Below are positions 13,255 through 26,098 of a stretch of DNA of 64,000 nucleotides, in pieces. Under the pieces are notes generated by a model. That model searched no databases. It saw nothing but the letters and a program-made list of their open reading frames with translations, and was not told the DNA's origin. The DNA lies in the NCBI GenBank assembly GCA_965153285.1, contig OZ229116.1; one strand, given 5' to 3'. The stretch comes from Podarcis tiliguerta. Taxonomy: Eukaryota. Position numbers and translations under genes: made by a program. How positions within the stretch are numbered: position 1 is the stretch's first letter; each line of letters starts with the position of its first letter.

Positions 13255-15738
13255 GTCTTTTTTTTTTTTTTAAAGTATACCTAAGATCTTTTGCTTATTA
13301 GGGGATACCCCGCATTTTGTTCAAAAAATTGCTTTGCAGAGGTAACTGCCATTGAGTTATCAAATTTTTTAAAAGTACGGGGTCCGTGGCTTGTGTTTTG
13401 AAAAACAGCGGTTCCTCAGTAATTAGATAATTGGGAACCACTGCTCTATACATTCATTTTCAGGGATTCCTAGGCAAGTACCAGTAATCAGTCAGATAGA
13501 ATGTCTGGAAAACTGACGAACTCTGTCACTGCATCTGCTAGAAGAGTTTTTAGCCTCAGAGGGCAAGGAATAATGATTTGGAGCACTTGCATATGGTTGC
13601 AGCCAGTTCTGCTGCCTGGGGAAAAGGAACGGGAGAAATGAAATTGGGAGGCTGGGATTTATGAGTGCTCTACGGAAAGGCTGCCTTGGATCCCTCTAGT
13701 TTCCCCAAAGAGGATCCTTCCACTTTCCTTTTATCCTCAATTAACTCTGGGATCCTAGGATCAATGTCCTGTGGGGGAGGAGAGACATGGAGGAACAGGT
13801 ACTCTTGGCTAGTACCATTTATAGCTTCCTGCTCTGACAACACTCCTCTTCTTGGCTGAGAGTTACCTCAGTGCTCCAAAAGGGCTGCCAGTTGGTCCAT
13901 CAACAGACTGTGATCACTGGCTGCCAAAAGAAAACAAAGATGCTCATACTCTACAACAATGTTACATTAGATCTTGCCCATTGCCTCTTGGTGCAAAGAA
14001 TCAAGCCACTGGGAATTCAATTTGCCAGATACCTAGAACCAATGAATACTAACTGCAAATTACTACTGCTACTATCTACTGCTGCAAATGCTCCTCAACA
14101 AGTCCTTCCCTTCACAATGTTAAGTTCTGGGAAATGGGGTACCTTACAGGGAGCTTAACCAAGCTTGCCCAAACCACTGTCTTAGAAATCTGGAGGTGAG
14201 GCTCTGGGGGAAATAGAGCTAATTGTGAGGCAAAGTGGGGACAACTCACTCATCACTGGCTATAAGCTGGCAACTGTCTCTTATAATTATTTTAGTAATA
14301 TTACTGGAGCAATGTTGGATCCAGTCATTGAAACCTTACTACTCCAATGATGTAAGAATAGGTCCGAAATAAGGTTGTGATCAGTACTGTGTAAAGCAAT
14401 ACTAGTGCTTTCCAGGACTTTGAAACAATGCTTTGGTTAAGACAATTTAAATGCACTGGTCTTATAAGTCACAGAATCACATTAGTGATTCATGTTCAGT
14501 CTGTTATGCATTTTGTTATCTCTAAATTCTTCTTGCCTATTCTACTGCCTACCCTGTTAGCCTCTATTTTCTACTTGTGCATTTGGTTACACCTTATCAA
14601 AGAAGGAGACTAGGTTGGTCTGGCATGATTTATTATAAAGACAATGCACTGAGCTTTTGATGCAGGAGATCAGCTGATGGGGATGATGAGAAGAAAAGGC
14701 TGGAACTCTTTTACTTGCTTTTTGATAAATTCAGCTAAATATAAGCATATGAATATGGACTGAAACTGTGTGCTTATGTTTCATGATGGCATACGTTAAC
14801 ATTTCTCACTGCTATTCTTAAAAATATATATATCCAAGTTTCCTGTGTTCTGGCTTATCTCTCATGAGTGCTAAGATTCAGGGAGCTAAAATAGGCCTTT
14901 TTAAATTCCCAAGTTCTACCAATGAAGCTTTAAAATTTCATACCATTCAACATCCAAAAGGGATATTGGAGAATAGACAGGTGTCACATAGGAGAGAGAG
15001 GGTTGTATCTTTAAATTACTTTCCACATTGTCCCTGCATGACAGCCGATTCATATTTTCAGTCACGGAGGCAGGAGTTCTCCCACCGACACAACTATACC
15101 CTTCAACTTCACTCTCATGAAAAAGCCTTTGCCTCAAATGGCCACTAAGACCATTCTAAATCAGCATCAGACATTGCTGCATCTCTGTAGAAAGCCCAAA
15201 CCACAGAAACTAATTGTACCATTTGGAAACACCACTCTTCATTAGTGGTGGCAGCCCTCATTGGGAAGGGAAGCTCATTATGTGATGGCTTGATTCATAG
15301 AGCAAGGCAACCGGAGAGCAGGAACAATGCCACAGGGACTTGGATGTAAAATTGGACATCTTTCAACTTTACAGTGGTCAGAGGTTGGTAAGAGTAAATG
15401 TGTGTGGATATGTGCAGTTAGAATGCGGAAATATAGCAAGCAAAATAACAAAAAAAAAGATGGGTGTTCATTCTATTTTGCGGCCATGTTATATTTGAGG
15501 ACACGGAGGAGAAAAAAATATTCAGAAACAATTGGGTTCCAACACCTTACTTCTCATTAGAGGCATACAACTATTTGTCTTTCTTCTTCTGCCATTAATT
15601 ACAAATAAATTCATCTCTCTCTTCTGAAGCCTGAAGTTCGTTGTTGTTGTTGTTAGATGAGTTGAATTCAAACTCCAACCAAAAAAGATGAGACCAACAT
15701 TGAAATTCATCTCACAGTCCAGAATTTACTTAACGGCC

Positions 15739-15960
15739 NNNNNNNNNNNNNNNNNNNNNNNNNNNNNNNNNNNNNNNNNNNNNNNNNNNNNNNNNNNNNN
15801 NNNNNNNNNNNNNNNNNNNNNNNNNNNNNNNNNNNNNNNNNNNNNNNNNNNNNNNNNNNNNNNNNNNNNNNNNNNNNNNNNNNNNNNNNNNNNNNNNNNN
15901 NNNNNNNNNNNNNNNNNNNNNNNNNNNNNNNNNNNNNNNNNNNNNNNNNNNNNNNNNNNN
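15739..15960. other. Assembly gap (222 N)
   Basis: Run of N. Confidence 1.
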
Positions 15961-16509
15961 TGCTTCTCGCTATGAAATGATGCAGTTTTTGACCGAGAGG
16001 TGAAGGGAAGCAGGAAACAGATCAGGAAGCTCCATAGGCTAGTTCAATTTAATGCAAAGCATGCTGAAATGTTTCCTAAAAATCAACTAGTCTTTTCAGA
16101 TTAAAAATATAAGCATTCTCAAAAGATCAGGAAAGAAAAACTGGAATGAGTGAAGAATCATAACAAATGAGTTATGAAAATAAAAATATATATGATAGCA
16201 GTATACTATTATATTATATATCATTTATGTAAGTATCATGTCACCAGAATATACAGTATATATAAATAAATTTTGATATAAAAATGATCCTTATAACAAA
16301 TTATAATTTAGAATAAATAAAGCAATACTATCTTATTATGAAATCATTAACCTGCAATAAAACTATTAACAATTTGAGATCTAGACAAATATAAACCCAG
16401 ATTTATCATCACTGTAGTATTTTGTTGATGTGTTCAAATTTCCTTGGTATCTGACTCATATAGGACCCAAAAGAAAGGAATAAAGACCATATCACCTTTG
16501 GACTACCAA

Positions 16510-16687
16510 GTTGCATAAACAACATACATTTAAAACACATTTAAAGCACATGGCATCCCTCAAAGAATCCCAGAAAATATAGTTTGCTAATAGTGTTGGA
16601 AATTATAGTTCTGTGAAGGGTAAACTAAAGTTCACAGGATTCTTGGTGGGGAGTGATGTGCTTTAAATATAGAGGGTTTATGCAGCC
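16510..16687. mobile_element. Palindromic MITE
   Basis: Inverted arms atttaaagcacat / atgtgctttaaat and aagaatcc / ggattctt; ends tgcataaac / gtttatgca. Confidence 0.65.
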
Positions 16688-17873
16688 CCACTCTTCCTTG
16701 TTAGGAATAAGAATAGTCACTCAAGAGTAAGCACACCCAAAGTACAGTATATTAAGGTTAATTATATTAAACATGCACCTTTCAGCTGCACCATCAACTT
16801 TTCATAGTAAAGGATAGCACTGTCTAATAGAACAGGCACTTCTTCTACTGATCTTCAAGTGCAGAAAATAAAATAAAAAATGACCACAAAGTCTCTGTCC
16901 AAATATGTATAAGGTTTCTAAGTAAACATATCCCAAAACAGAAGCAGATTAGAAGTAGGCCAGCCAGTCAAATTATCAGATTTAAAAACTGATTTGTTCA
17001 GTAAAAGTTGGCTAATAATTTGAGGTTGCCAACAAATACCCAAACTATCCTAACTGGTCTTTGTCTGCCACAATGGATATGAGTCCAAATTTCAAATTGT
17101 AACTTGCATTTCCCCCACTATTGGTCTTCATATTTGTGGCTACTATACCAATTGAAGGTAAAATATATTATTAACAAACTCAACCAAGTTGATAACCAAA
17201 GGTGGAGATCTAGACAAAAGTTGTGTTTGTCCCAAACATAAGGTATTTTGTCAGAGAAATAGATAGCAAATTCAACCCAGACAACGAAACTGTTGTTCCA
17301 GCTTCTGAGAATCAAAACTTACCAAGCTGTTTACCACCCAGAAAGGTTCTGTTTGAAAGCATTTCACAAATATTGAAGCAATGAACAAAGGTTTGCTTGA
17401 CACAACTTCAGAATGTTGAGACAATCACACGTTTTGGTTGTCAAAAGACACAAGTCTATACTCTCTCTGCAAAGAAGCTGGAAGCAAAGGCTCAGCATTG
17501 GCAAGAAAAAAGCAACAAGCAAAGTAAAAAAGGGGAAAGTAGAATGGGCATGCTTACTCCCACTCCTTTCCCCTCATTAGCCAGTCAGTGATGGAGGGCA
17601 GACTATGATGGAGGTACCCACAGTTATAAGTAGCAAGAAAACTGGGTGCCCCACTTTTCAGTTTTCACTTTTGATGGCAAGGGTAATGAGTACCTATTAG
17701 ATCTGCAGGCATGCATGCATACACCTGTCTTTCTGAATGCCCAAATAAGATGTATAGAGCTCTGGGTTGCCATGATCTGACTCAGTACACTGCTACATGC
17801 CCAGAGCAGAAAGCTCTACAATCTCACATCCATTGTATTATGAACTGTGTTGGGAATTTTGAATTACAGAAGT

Positions 17874-17876
<3 letters not shown>

Positions 17877-17906
<30 letters not shown>

Positions 17907-17930
17907 AATCATATCATATCATATCATATA
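17877..17930. repeat. (AAAT)n followed by (ATATC)n microsatellite
   Basis: Read directly; probably a retroelement tail. Confidence 0.9.
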
Positions 17931-20805
17931 CAGGGGAAGAGCAGGATACAACTCTTAACTTCCTGGTTCAGCTTCACAAGCCCTTGCACACCATGATGAA
18001 CCCATGTCACAGGAGCAACAGAAGCCACCTGTAAGCCACAGTGTGAATAGCCACAGGTAGCTTGCCATTATAATTCACCAATTATATTGTCAGTGTTAAA
18101 ATCTGTGAGTACAACCCCAAGAGTTATGGAATCCAACAAGTTCCAATGGCCAAGGATGGAGTCAATGCAACTGCTACAGCACCAACAACAAAAAAAGCAG
18201 GAAATCAGGTTGATCCCTCAGAAGGAAACAGACTAAGCAGAACAAGAAAAAGTATATGGTACAAAGAAAATCTATTGATCCAACAGAGCCGTCAAAGTTC
18301 CAATGCATTTTGGGTTCTCCAGGCTTCCTCTGGTTTTATAGTTACTCCCAAATGCAGCTATTTGGAAAATTGACTCAACTAAGCTCTACTGCTTGAATTT
18401 AAGGCACTACTGCCTATGAAGAAGTTCCTTGTTTGACCACAATATTCCCTGATAGTCTCATTTGCAAGAGATGTTTATGCTACCACCAGTTTTTATAGCT
18501 CCCCAACCATGATAATAAGAGCAGTCAGGCATTTTAACAAGACAGGTTCTGTGAGATAAATGGCAAACTCAGTTTTAGGTATATTTCAGAAGTCAATTGC
18601 TCTAATTTGGATATGGGATACAAGAGGCTACTCCCCATTGTACCTTTGTCAACCTCACACCCTTTACACCTGACCAAACCCCCTCCCTTTACACCTCACA
18701 CTCCATGTTGCCAAAACACTCCTTCCCCTTCACTTTACAGCAAGACCCCAAACCCCTCCACCTTTGCACCTTTAAAACTCTTCCTCCTCACACAAAAACC
18801 TCCATCGCCTTACAGCTTGCCCCCCAACCCTCCCCCTGACAGCTCAACTAAAAAAAAACCTCTCTCCACACATTGCAACCCCTCCCCCTCCATTTACACA
18901 ATGCCCAGGTGCTTCCCCCCCCCCTCCATTGTCCCAACAACAACCACTGCTGCTGTGGGAAGCTGCTGCTCCTTGGGACATAGAGAAAAAAGTGCGCAAG
19001 AAATAAATAACAAAACTATTTCACTTTGAAATGTCCTTGAAAACACATGTCAAATGAGGATCAGACTAACAACAGACAAAGAATGGGGGGAAATGAAACT
19101 ATTCAATGACAGTGGGCTGGATTCAGATTTGCTTGTTGTGAAACTTTGCTAATATTTCCAGCCATTCCTTCATGTCTCCTGACTCATGGTCCCAGCGCTG
19201 GCCTGAGGAATGTTCAGATTCAGATGATTCTCCAGTAGCTCACTCACTTTTACACTGCTCTAGCCTGAGGATATGGTTCTTCCATCATTCTGGCCCAAGA
19301 CATGAGGCGAACCACAAAATGGCGCACACACCCCAACTGGGGAAGAAGGGATGAGTCAAGATCTACATCAGGAAGAAAAGTAGGGGAGGTGAATCAAATC
19401 AACTGTACCTGACAATCGAAATGGGAATCAAAGGCCATCACAGGGGGTAAAGGAACCCACTCTGAAGCATACCAGGTGGGTGCAGAGCCCAGGAGACCCC
19501 GGAGGGCAGCCTGTGACCTTTCGTCCCTAGGGGAGGTCAGAGGTCAGAATCACCTTCTATTCGCCAAGAGGCTGCTGTAGAGGCAGCATTGAGGGAAGGC
19601 TGCCAAGGAGGCGGCAGATCCTCCAAGCAGTGGCAGCTGCTGCAATCATTGGAAGCCAGATTTTCTACCCCTGTGGGTCCTGCTGTACGAGGCAGTTGTC
19701 TAATGAGTGGGCCAGCCATGCTAAGGATGATTCTCCTGAAGCCTCTCTTGTTTCACAATCACACAAGGGCTGCAACTGCAGAACAGGCTGCAAGGCCCTT
19801 TATATTTTACAGCTTTCTTGGGGGCTGGATTCACTGGAATCCAAAGCTTAGGGCCATATCCAATGCTCCTGTTTTGCTAGCACAGCAGACTTGCACTAGC
19901 AGAACAGAACTTTCCCTTCTCTCCTCTGTAGTGCTTTGCATGCCCTCAAAATAATCTCCAGAGGGTTGGGGAACTCTCTGGAAAAGATTTTGGGAGTGCA
20001 CAGAGGAAGGACAGGAAACAGAAGTCCTGAACTCCATTGGCACTGCTTTGAATACATCCCTCAGCTAGTAGGGTCAACTGGGAGCTATGCAACACCTGAT
20101 TTGCCTTGTCTTGTCCCTGGACTGAACTAGATTGCTATCAATTACTACTCCTACTGTAGGTTCCAAGCCCCAGCATAACATGCTAACTATGCAAATCTAT
20201 GCTGGAGGGCTGGGCAGCCTCAGGAACAGCATGATAGGTGCTGTTGTGGACAGAAGAAGGGGAACTTGGCAAAAATTGTCTCTCCCTCTTCCTCCAGCAG
20301 GAGCCACTCCTCTGCACTGGAGTTCTTTTCACCACTGGAAGAGTGAACATTCTGGATCTTTTTCCTGATTTCTAATAAAAACCTTCTGACAACAGATTAA
20401 TCCATATCTTAGAAACTCCTCTTATAATCAGAAGGGTTTCCCTCTTCCATGGAATATGAAAGCATACAATTCGCATTAGACAAGGCTAGCAAGGAATACT
20501 TACTGTTGTAAGAGGCTACTGATGGCAGGTAACAATATACTATTATAATCACAGACGTAAATACACCATAAGTATAATAACTAGCATGTGGTTACCTACC
20601 ATACTATTTGGTGCACAAATAAGAATGCAAGTGACTTGTGGCCATTGTGGAGCCATGACTTATGCAAATAATGAAATGAGATTTGAGAGAAAATGATAGC
20701 ACAATCACGTAGCATACAATAGGCTGAAAAGTAGTCTTCATTGTAACTCTATGAATACCGTAATAGCTGCTCCTAGAAGTCACTACAAAAAGCATCTGTC
20801 TTAAC

Positions 20806-21112
20806 TAGAGGTCTTCAACTGGTGGGTCTTCATGGACTGGCCTCAGGAAAGTTGCAGCAATGTGCAGCTGCTGTTTCATTCATTTATGAAATAATTTCAA
20901 AACATTTTCTTATAATCAAATTGTCAGGCCTGTTCTTTTATGGCACATTTTTTTATTTTTAAAAGATGGAGTAATCTACTACATGCAATTTTCTAATATG
21001 TATGTATCAATGAGTGTAATGGTTGTTTAAAAAAAACTGAATCTGAAAACCCCATGTTATAAAACTGAGAGTTAAAACTAGGTCCCAGATCTGAACAGAT
21101 TGAAGACCACTG
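20806..21112. mobile_element. Degenerate hAT-type MITE
   Basis: TIRs tagaggtcttcaac / ttgaagaccactg. Confidence 0.65.
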
Positions 21113-21676
21113 GTTTAATCCTATTTTTGGTGATGCATGTTCCCCTTTGAGCTTTTGAGATCTATAAAGTCCATCTTTATCAATGCTTCAGTATCAAAAC
21201 CAATTTATTGCTTTCATCTCAAGATCTGTCCCTTGGTTTTGTTTCAACAGAAAATGTCTCCATGGGGATATAAAAGCTGCAAAGACAGCTAATTCACACA
21301 TCCCTCAGGATGTTCACATTGTCAGGAGTTGACAGTGCATGATTCCCATAGTAATAAATGATTATGTTACAAATGTTTCTTAAATAAAGCCTAATTAAAC
21401 TTCTTGTAAATCCTAATATTAGGTTGTACCCATTTATAGGAAGCCGAATTATCTGGCCCTTTGCTTTGTAGGGACTATACACACTCACAGACACACACAG
21501 ACACACACACTTGAACTTACATTTTGTACTATAACCTTAACATGTATTTGTCCCCAGTAGTACATTACTTTTGGGGTCCGGTATTGCCGTTTTCTGGAAG
21601 AGTCTGCGCCTTTTGAGATTTCTATATCCTTTCTGATGTACAGAGCAACACTGGCCACAGCAGACCTTCCCTTTTA

Positions 21677-21936
21677 CAGTGGTACCTCTGGTTGCGAATG
21701 GGATCCATTCTGGAGGACAGTTCACAACATGAAAGGAACGCAACCCGCAGCGGCAAGTCTGTGCATGCATGGGTTGTGACTTGCCGCTTCTGCGCATGCT
21801 TGTGAAGTCATTTTGTGCATCTGTGCATGTGCAAGCGGCGAAACCCGGAAGTAACCCTTTCCAGTACTTCCGGGTCACCGGGGGACATAACCTGAAAGAA
21901 CGTAACGTGAAGCGGACGTAACATGAGTTATGACTG
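21677..21936. mobile_element. Tc1/mariner (Tigger/pogo-like) MITE, family A
   Basis: TA TSDs; ends cagtggtacctc / gagttatgactg; homologous to the copies at 33545 and 53071. Confidence 0.85.
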
Positions 21937-23309
21937 TATCCTAGAAAGTTTGTATCCATAGGTAACCATATCACACTGCTTTTCTCCATTCTACCAGGTT
22001 TCTGGGAGGAATTCAGTGTTGCACTAAGGCAATCATTCCATCACGGAAAGTATCTCAGCTTGCCACCCAGAAGCATCACTTCTCTTCTCTCCCCGCCAGA
22101 TCAATTTCATGGGTGTGTAGGAACAAGAGGGAGGGAGCATAATGCCATAATGAACAAAATGAAATGGTACAAAAGCAGGACTTCACTGAATGTTTATGCA
22201 TAAAAGGTGCTAGTGTGGAATTGGTGGTCCCCCAGCCCACCCTTCACTCAGATCCTTTGCTGTTTTTCACACATTGTTGACTGCATAACTGGTGGCTTCT
22301 TTGTCGATCAGCATCATTATTTTTAAACCAAAAACCTCTTTCAGTCTAATGATGTCATGATGAAAGCCAGTGATGGTAACACTCTCAATACTCACACTGA
22401 ATTAGCAACATTTTTGGTGGTGTCTGCAGCCCTGAGTTGGTACTTTTCATCCTAGCCCATAATATAAATTTCTACAAAAGAACCCTCCACTCGCTTTTAG
22501 CTTACAAAAGATATTTACATAATATCCAGTGTTCATGTTAAGAATGCCAAGTTTAACAGATGTATTACAGCCATGCTACTAAATATTAGAAAAACAGTTC
22601 TAAAGTATTTCCTAAGTCCTAGAGCAAGTATAGCAGCACATAAATTGAGCTAGTATGCTGCCATCCTACTTAAAAATTACAACAAGAAACTGCAGTGAAA
22701 TTTTTCACAGGAGGTTAAGGGACTCTCGTCTGAGAGCTTGTCTCATGGTGATAAAATTAGAGGTAGAGAATTAAAGTGATTACACTCTAAAAATGACTTA
22801 CTAGAAGTGACAGCGTTTTTTTAACCTAAATATTTTTAAGCACCAAATTTGTCACCCCTGTAAGTTATATGTTACTAACTGTAAAGTTACTTTATTGCAC
22901 CAGTAAAATAAATGAAGTACTTTTAGCCAATGTTTTCAGATAAATCAGGAACACTGTATTCAATTCACATTTTATTTGTGTATATGTGCATTCTTTTATT
23001 TTCAACAGAGCTGAAACAGACTGCTGGATTATTAACAGAGGCACTTGCACTTGTAGTAAAGTTATCCCATGGGTTCAGATCCTGAAGGAATAACTGAACT
23101 TGAAAACAAAATATAAGAAATATTAAGAAATATGACTGTAAAGTGATTTAAGGTCAAATTGGGTGTGATATTAATATTGTGATTGGTCCATGACTATTTG
23201 TTTTTGTTTAAACTACACTGAATTCAGATTTTTTAATTCACTCGTTTCCTTCTTGCACCACATTTAGCATTTTTATATTTTACTGCCATCATATTTTCAA
23301 AACGAAACT

Positions 23310-23595
23310 CATAGGAACAAAAATTGCCTTACTGGTTTATCCAGCTCAATATTGTACACACGGACTGGCAATGGCTCACCAGGGTTTCAGGCATGCATTT
23401 TTCCAGCCCTACAGGAGATACCAGAGATTGAACCTGAGATATTCTTCATGCAAGGCAAATGCCCTACTTCAGAGCTAAGCCCTTTCTTTTATGAACAGAG
23501 GAAAATGGCTTATGCCAATTCAGACCAGTTGGTCCATCTAGCTCAGTAATGTTCCACACTGACTGGCAGAGGTCCTCCCAGGATTTCAGTAAAGT
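23310..23595 (-). mobile_element. Two tandem Squam3-like tRNA-derived SINEs
   Basis: ccagctcaatattgtacac...gactggca...gattgaacctgaga...catgcaaggc...gagcta; second partial copy ggtccatctagctcagta. Confidence 0.7.
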
Positions 23596-23606
23596 AAGCC
23601 AAATAC

Positions 23607-23607
<1 letters not shown>

Positions 23608-23651
<44 letters not shown>

Positions 23652-23658
23652 TACTACT
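23608..23658. repeat. (ATT)n microsatellite
   Basis: Read directly; explains the poly-L/poly-N ORFs. Confidence 0.95.
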
Positions 23659-25228
23659 GGATTTCCTAAGATTCAAAGAAGTGCTCATTGTATGGTTCCT
23701 GTCCTTTTCTTCAGGGCTTGACAGCTACCTAGCAGTCAGAAAATCAAGAAATTTCCAGTCATTGCCCATCAATGATAAAGAAATCACTACTCCATGTTAC
23801 AACCTGTAAGTACACTTTGATGAGGCAGAAGTGAGGAGGAGTGGGGCAGGCTGCTGAAGAAGCCAGGGAGTCTCCCCCACCTGCTGTGACCAGCTCCCCT
23901 TCCCTCTGGTCTCCCAGAACAAGAGAGGAATGAAGAGGGTGAAGCAAAGAAAGATAAGACGGAGAATGGTGGGAAAGGGGGGGGACCTTCAGTCTTCACA
24001 AGTGCCTCATTGGTGCAAGACCTACTGGGAAGAAATGATAAATCTGCACTTATAAAGAGTGACATTGTGTGTGGGTTTTTTTGCTGACCTGCTCCTGACT
24101 CTGAACTTTCAAAAGATCTAAAATTCATATGGCATTCTTGGAAATCTTAACAATTTGGCTGCTGGTCCAACCCATCTTTGAAAAGATCTGATAAGTTGCA
24201 CCTGAAACGGCCCAAGTCACATTACCCCCCCCCCCAAACCAAGAAAATGGCAAGGGGGAATGCAAAATGGGGAGAAGCAGCCTGTTTCACATTTCAGGCA
24301 GAAGCTAATGGCTGTATCCAATGCAGTGCCGGTGGGGATCTACCGGCAGAATGGGACTTCCATGTCCTCTCCCCCACCCACCCACCCCACCACCCACATG
24401 CTCCCAAAATCTGCACATGAAGGCTGCTGGTTTTGAAGGTGGGTTTGCACACCTGTAGAGCTGCAGCATTGAGGCAGAAATGTTCCCTTCTTCAATAGTG
24501 TTTGCTGCTAAGCTTCTTTCTTGTTTCTGGTTTAATTATATGGGTGATCTCAACCAATCATGAAGGCACACACTGAATCGGGTAATTATACAGATTACCA
24601 GATTGGGCTAGCTGAGAGGAATGTAAATAAACAGGTGGTTTTGATTTAGAATTACCAAGAGGAGGAAAGTTTGAGAGCTGCCAAAAGTGTTTACCAAAAA
24701 ACAAAAACAAAAAACAATTTTAGTTTCACTCTGGTACCATCCAGATGCCTTGGACTACGACTCCTACCCAGGATGGCAAAGGCCAGGGATGATGAGAGTT
24801 GCTGTTAAAAACATCTATAGGCCACAAGGTTTGGAAGAACTGCTGTAGTGGAGTTTTTATGTCAAGTCTTAAATTCCAAAAACCATAGCACTTCTCTAGG
24901 GTTTCAATTTAACTTTAGTTTTACCTATCAGTAGAGCAGGTTCCTGAATTTATTGTCCAGTCACAGTGAGATGAATATCAGTCATTTTTAAAACCAATCA
25001 TCTGAAGTTCACATCATTTCTGATAGCTAATGGGGTTCTGATAAGCAACTTTTTAAAAATCCTGATTGCTAGATAGCTCATGGACAACTGCTGCCATAGA
25101 AAACAAAACAGATAATTTAATCCATAGTAACCAAATTAAAATGGGGTCAACGTTTTTCATCAGTCTGATTTGAAACAATCCCAAAATGGGTTCCATGAAG
25201 AAATTATCAGGATTCTTCAAGAAAGCAG

Positions 25229-25229
<1 letters not shown>

Positions 25230-25261
<32 letters not shown>
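25230..25261. repeat. (TA)n microsatellite
   Basis: Read directly. Confidence 0.95.
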
Positions 25262-25263
<2 letters not shown>

Positions 25264-25267
25264 CTTT

Positions 25268-26098
25268 GATACGATAATCTTTATTGTCATTGTCCCATAC
25301 AGAACAACGAAATTGAAATCTACATAAAACATTCAAAACCCAACAAGCCTGCTATCCCAGCTATCCCAACCTGGTTAGCCCCCTAAAAACTCTGATACCC
25401 CATTTTTAAATACAATATACTCCCATAAAGACTCCTTAAAGGTAAAGTAAAGGGACCCCTGACCATTAGGTCCAGTCGTGACCGACTCTGGGGTTGCGGC
25501 ACTCATCTCACTTTATTGGCCAAGGGAGCCGTTTGTCCACAGACAGCTTCCAGGTCATGTGGCCAGCATGACTAGGCCACTTCTGGTGGACCACAGAAGC
25601 ACACGGAAATGCCGTTTACCTTCCCACCGGAGCAGTACCTATTTATCTATTTGCACTTTGACGTGCTTTCGAATTGCTAGGTTGACAGGAGCAGGGACCG
25701 GGCAACGGGAGCTCACCCCGTCGCGGGGATTCGAACCGCTGACCTCCTGATAGGCAAGTCCTAGGCTCTGTGGTTTAACCCACAGTGCCACCCACGTCCC
25801 CAAAAGACTCCTTACACTGCATTTAAAACCAAAATCACATTTGGGTAGAAACTGTTTCTCAGGTGGCTAGTCCTAGTCTTTATAACCCTGTACCTTCTTC
25901 CAGAAGGCAGAAGCTGAAAGAGATCATTTCCGGGGTGTGCACTATCCTGCGCTATCTCTGCAGCTTTCTTATGGCACCTGGAAGCATAGATTTGATCCAA
26001 GATGGGACACGTGCACCCAATTATTCTCTCTGTAGTCTTTACAACCCTGGGTAGCATTGTTTTTTCCCTGACCGTGCAGCTCCGAAACCATACACACT
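25268..26098 (-). mobile_element. 5'-truncated Rex1/Babar-clade LINE, interrupted by a SINE
   Basis: Encodes CVWFRSCTVREKTMLPRVVKTTERIIGC...SAHPGNDLFQLLPSGRRYRVIKTRTSHLRNSFYP, a Rex1 ORF C-terminus; 3' UTR ends acaatgacaataaag. Confidence 0.85.
25439..25801 (-). mobile_element. Full-length Sauria SINE
   Basis: tRNA-like head with B-box ggttcgaatcc, body ggtcatgtggccagcatgact, (ACCTTT)-like tail; 12-bp TSD AAAGACTCCTTA (25427-25438, 25803-25814). Confidence 0.93.

Larger units (their letters stand above)
12269..13443. mobile_element. hAT (Charlie-like) non-autonomous element, host of nested insertions
   Basis: TIRs cagtggttcctaaat / attgggaaccactg; perfect 8-bp TSD CTCTATAC (12261-12268, 13444-13451). 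Confidence 0.9.

Noticed and set aside
21537-21989. Longest ORF (150 aa) and similar ORFs at 33557-33822 and 53034-53319
   Set aside because: They lie in GC-rich non-autonomous MITEs and contain no transposase motifs.
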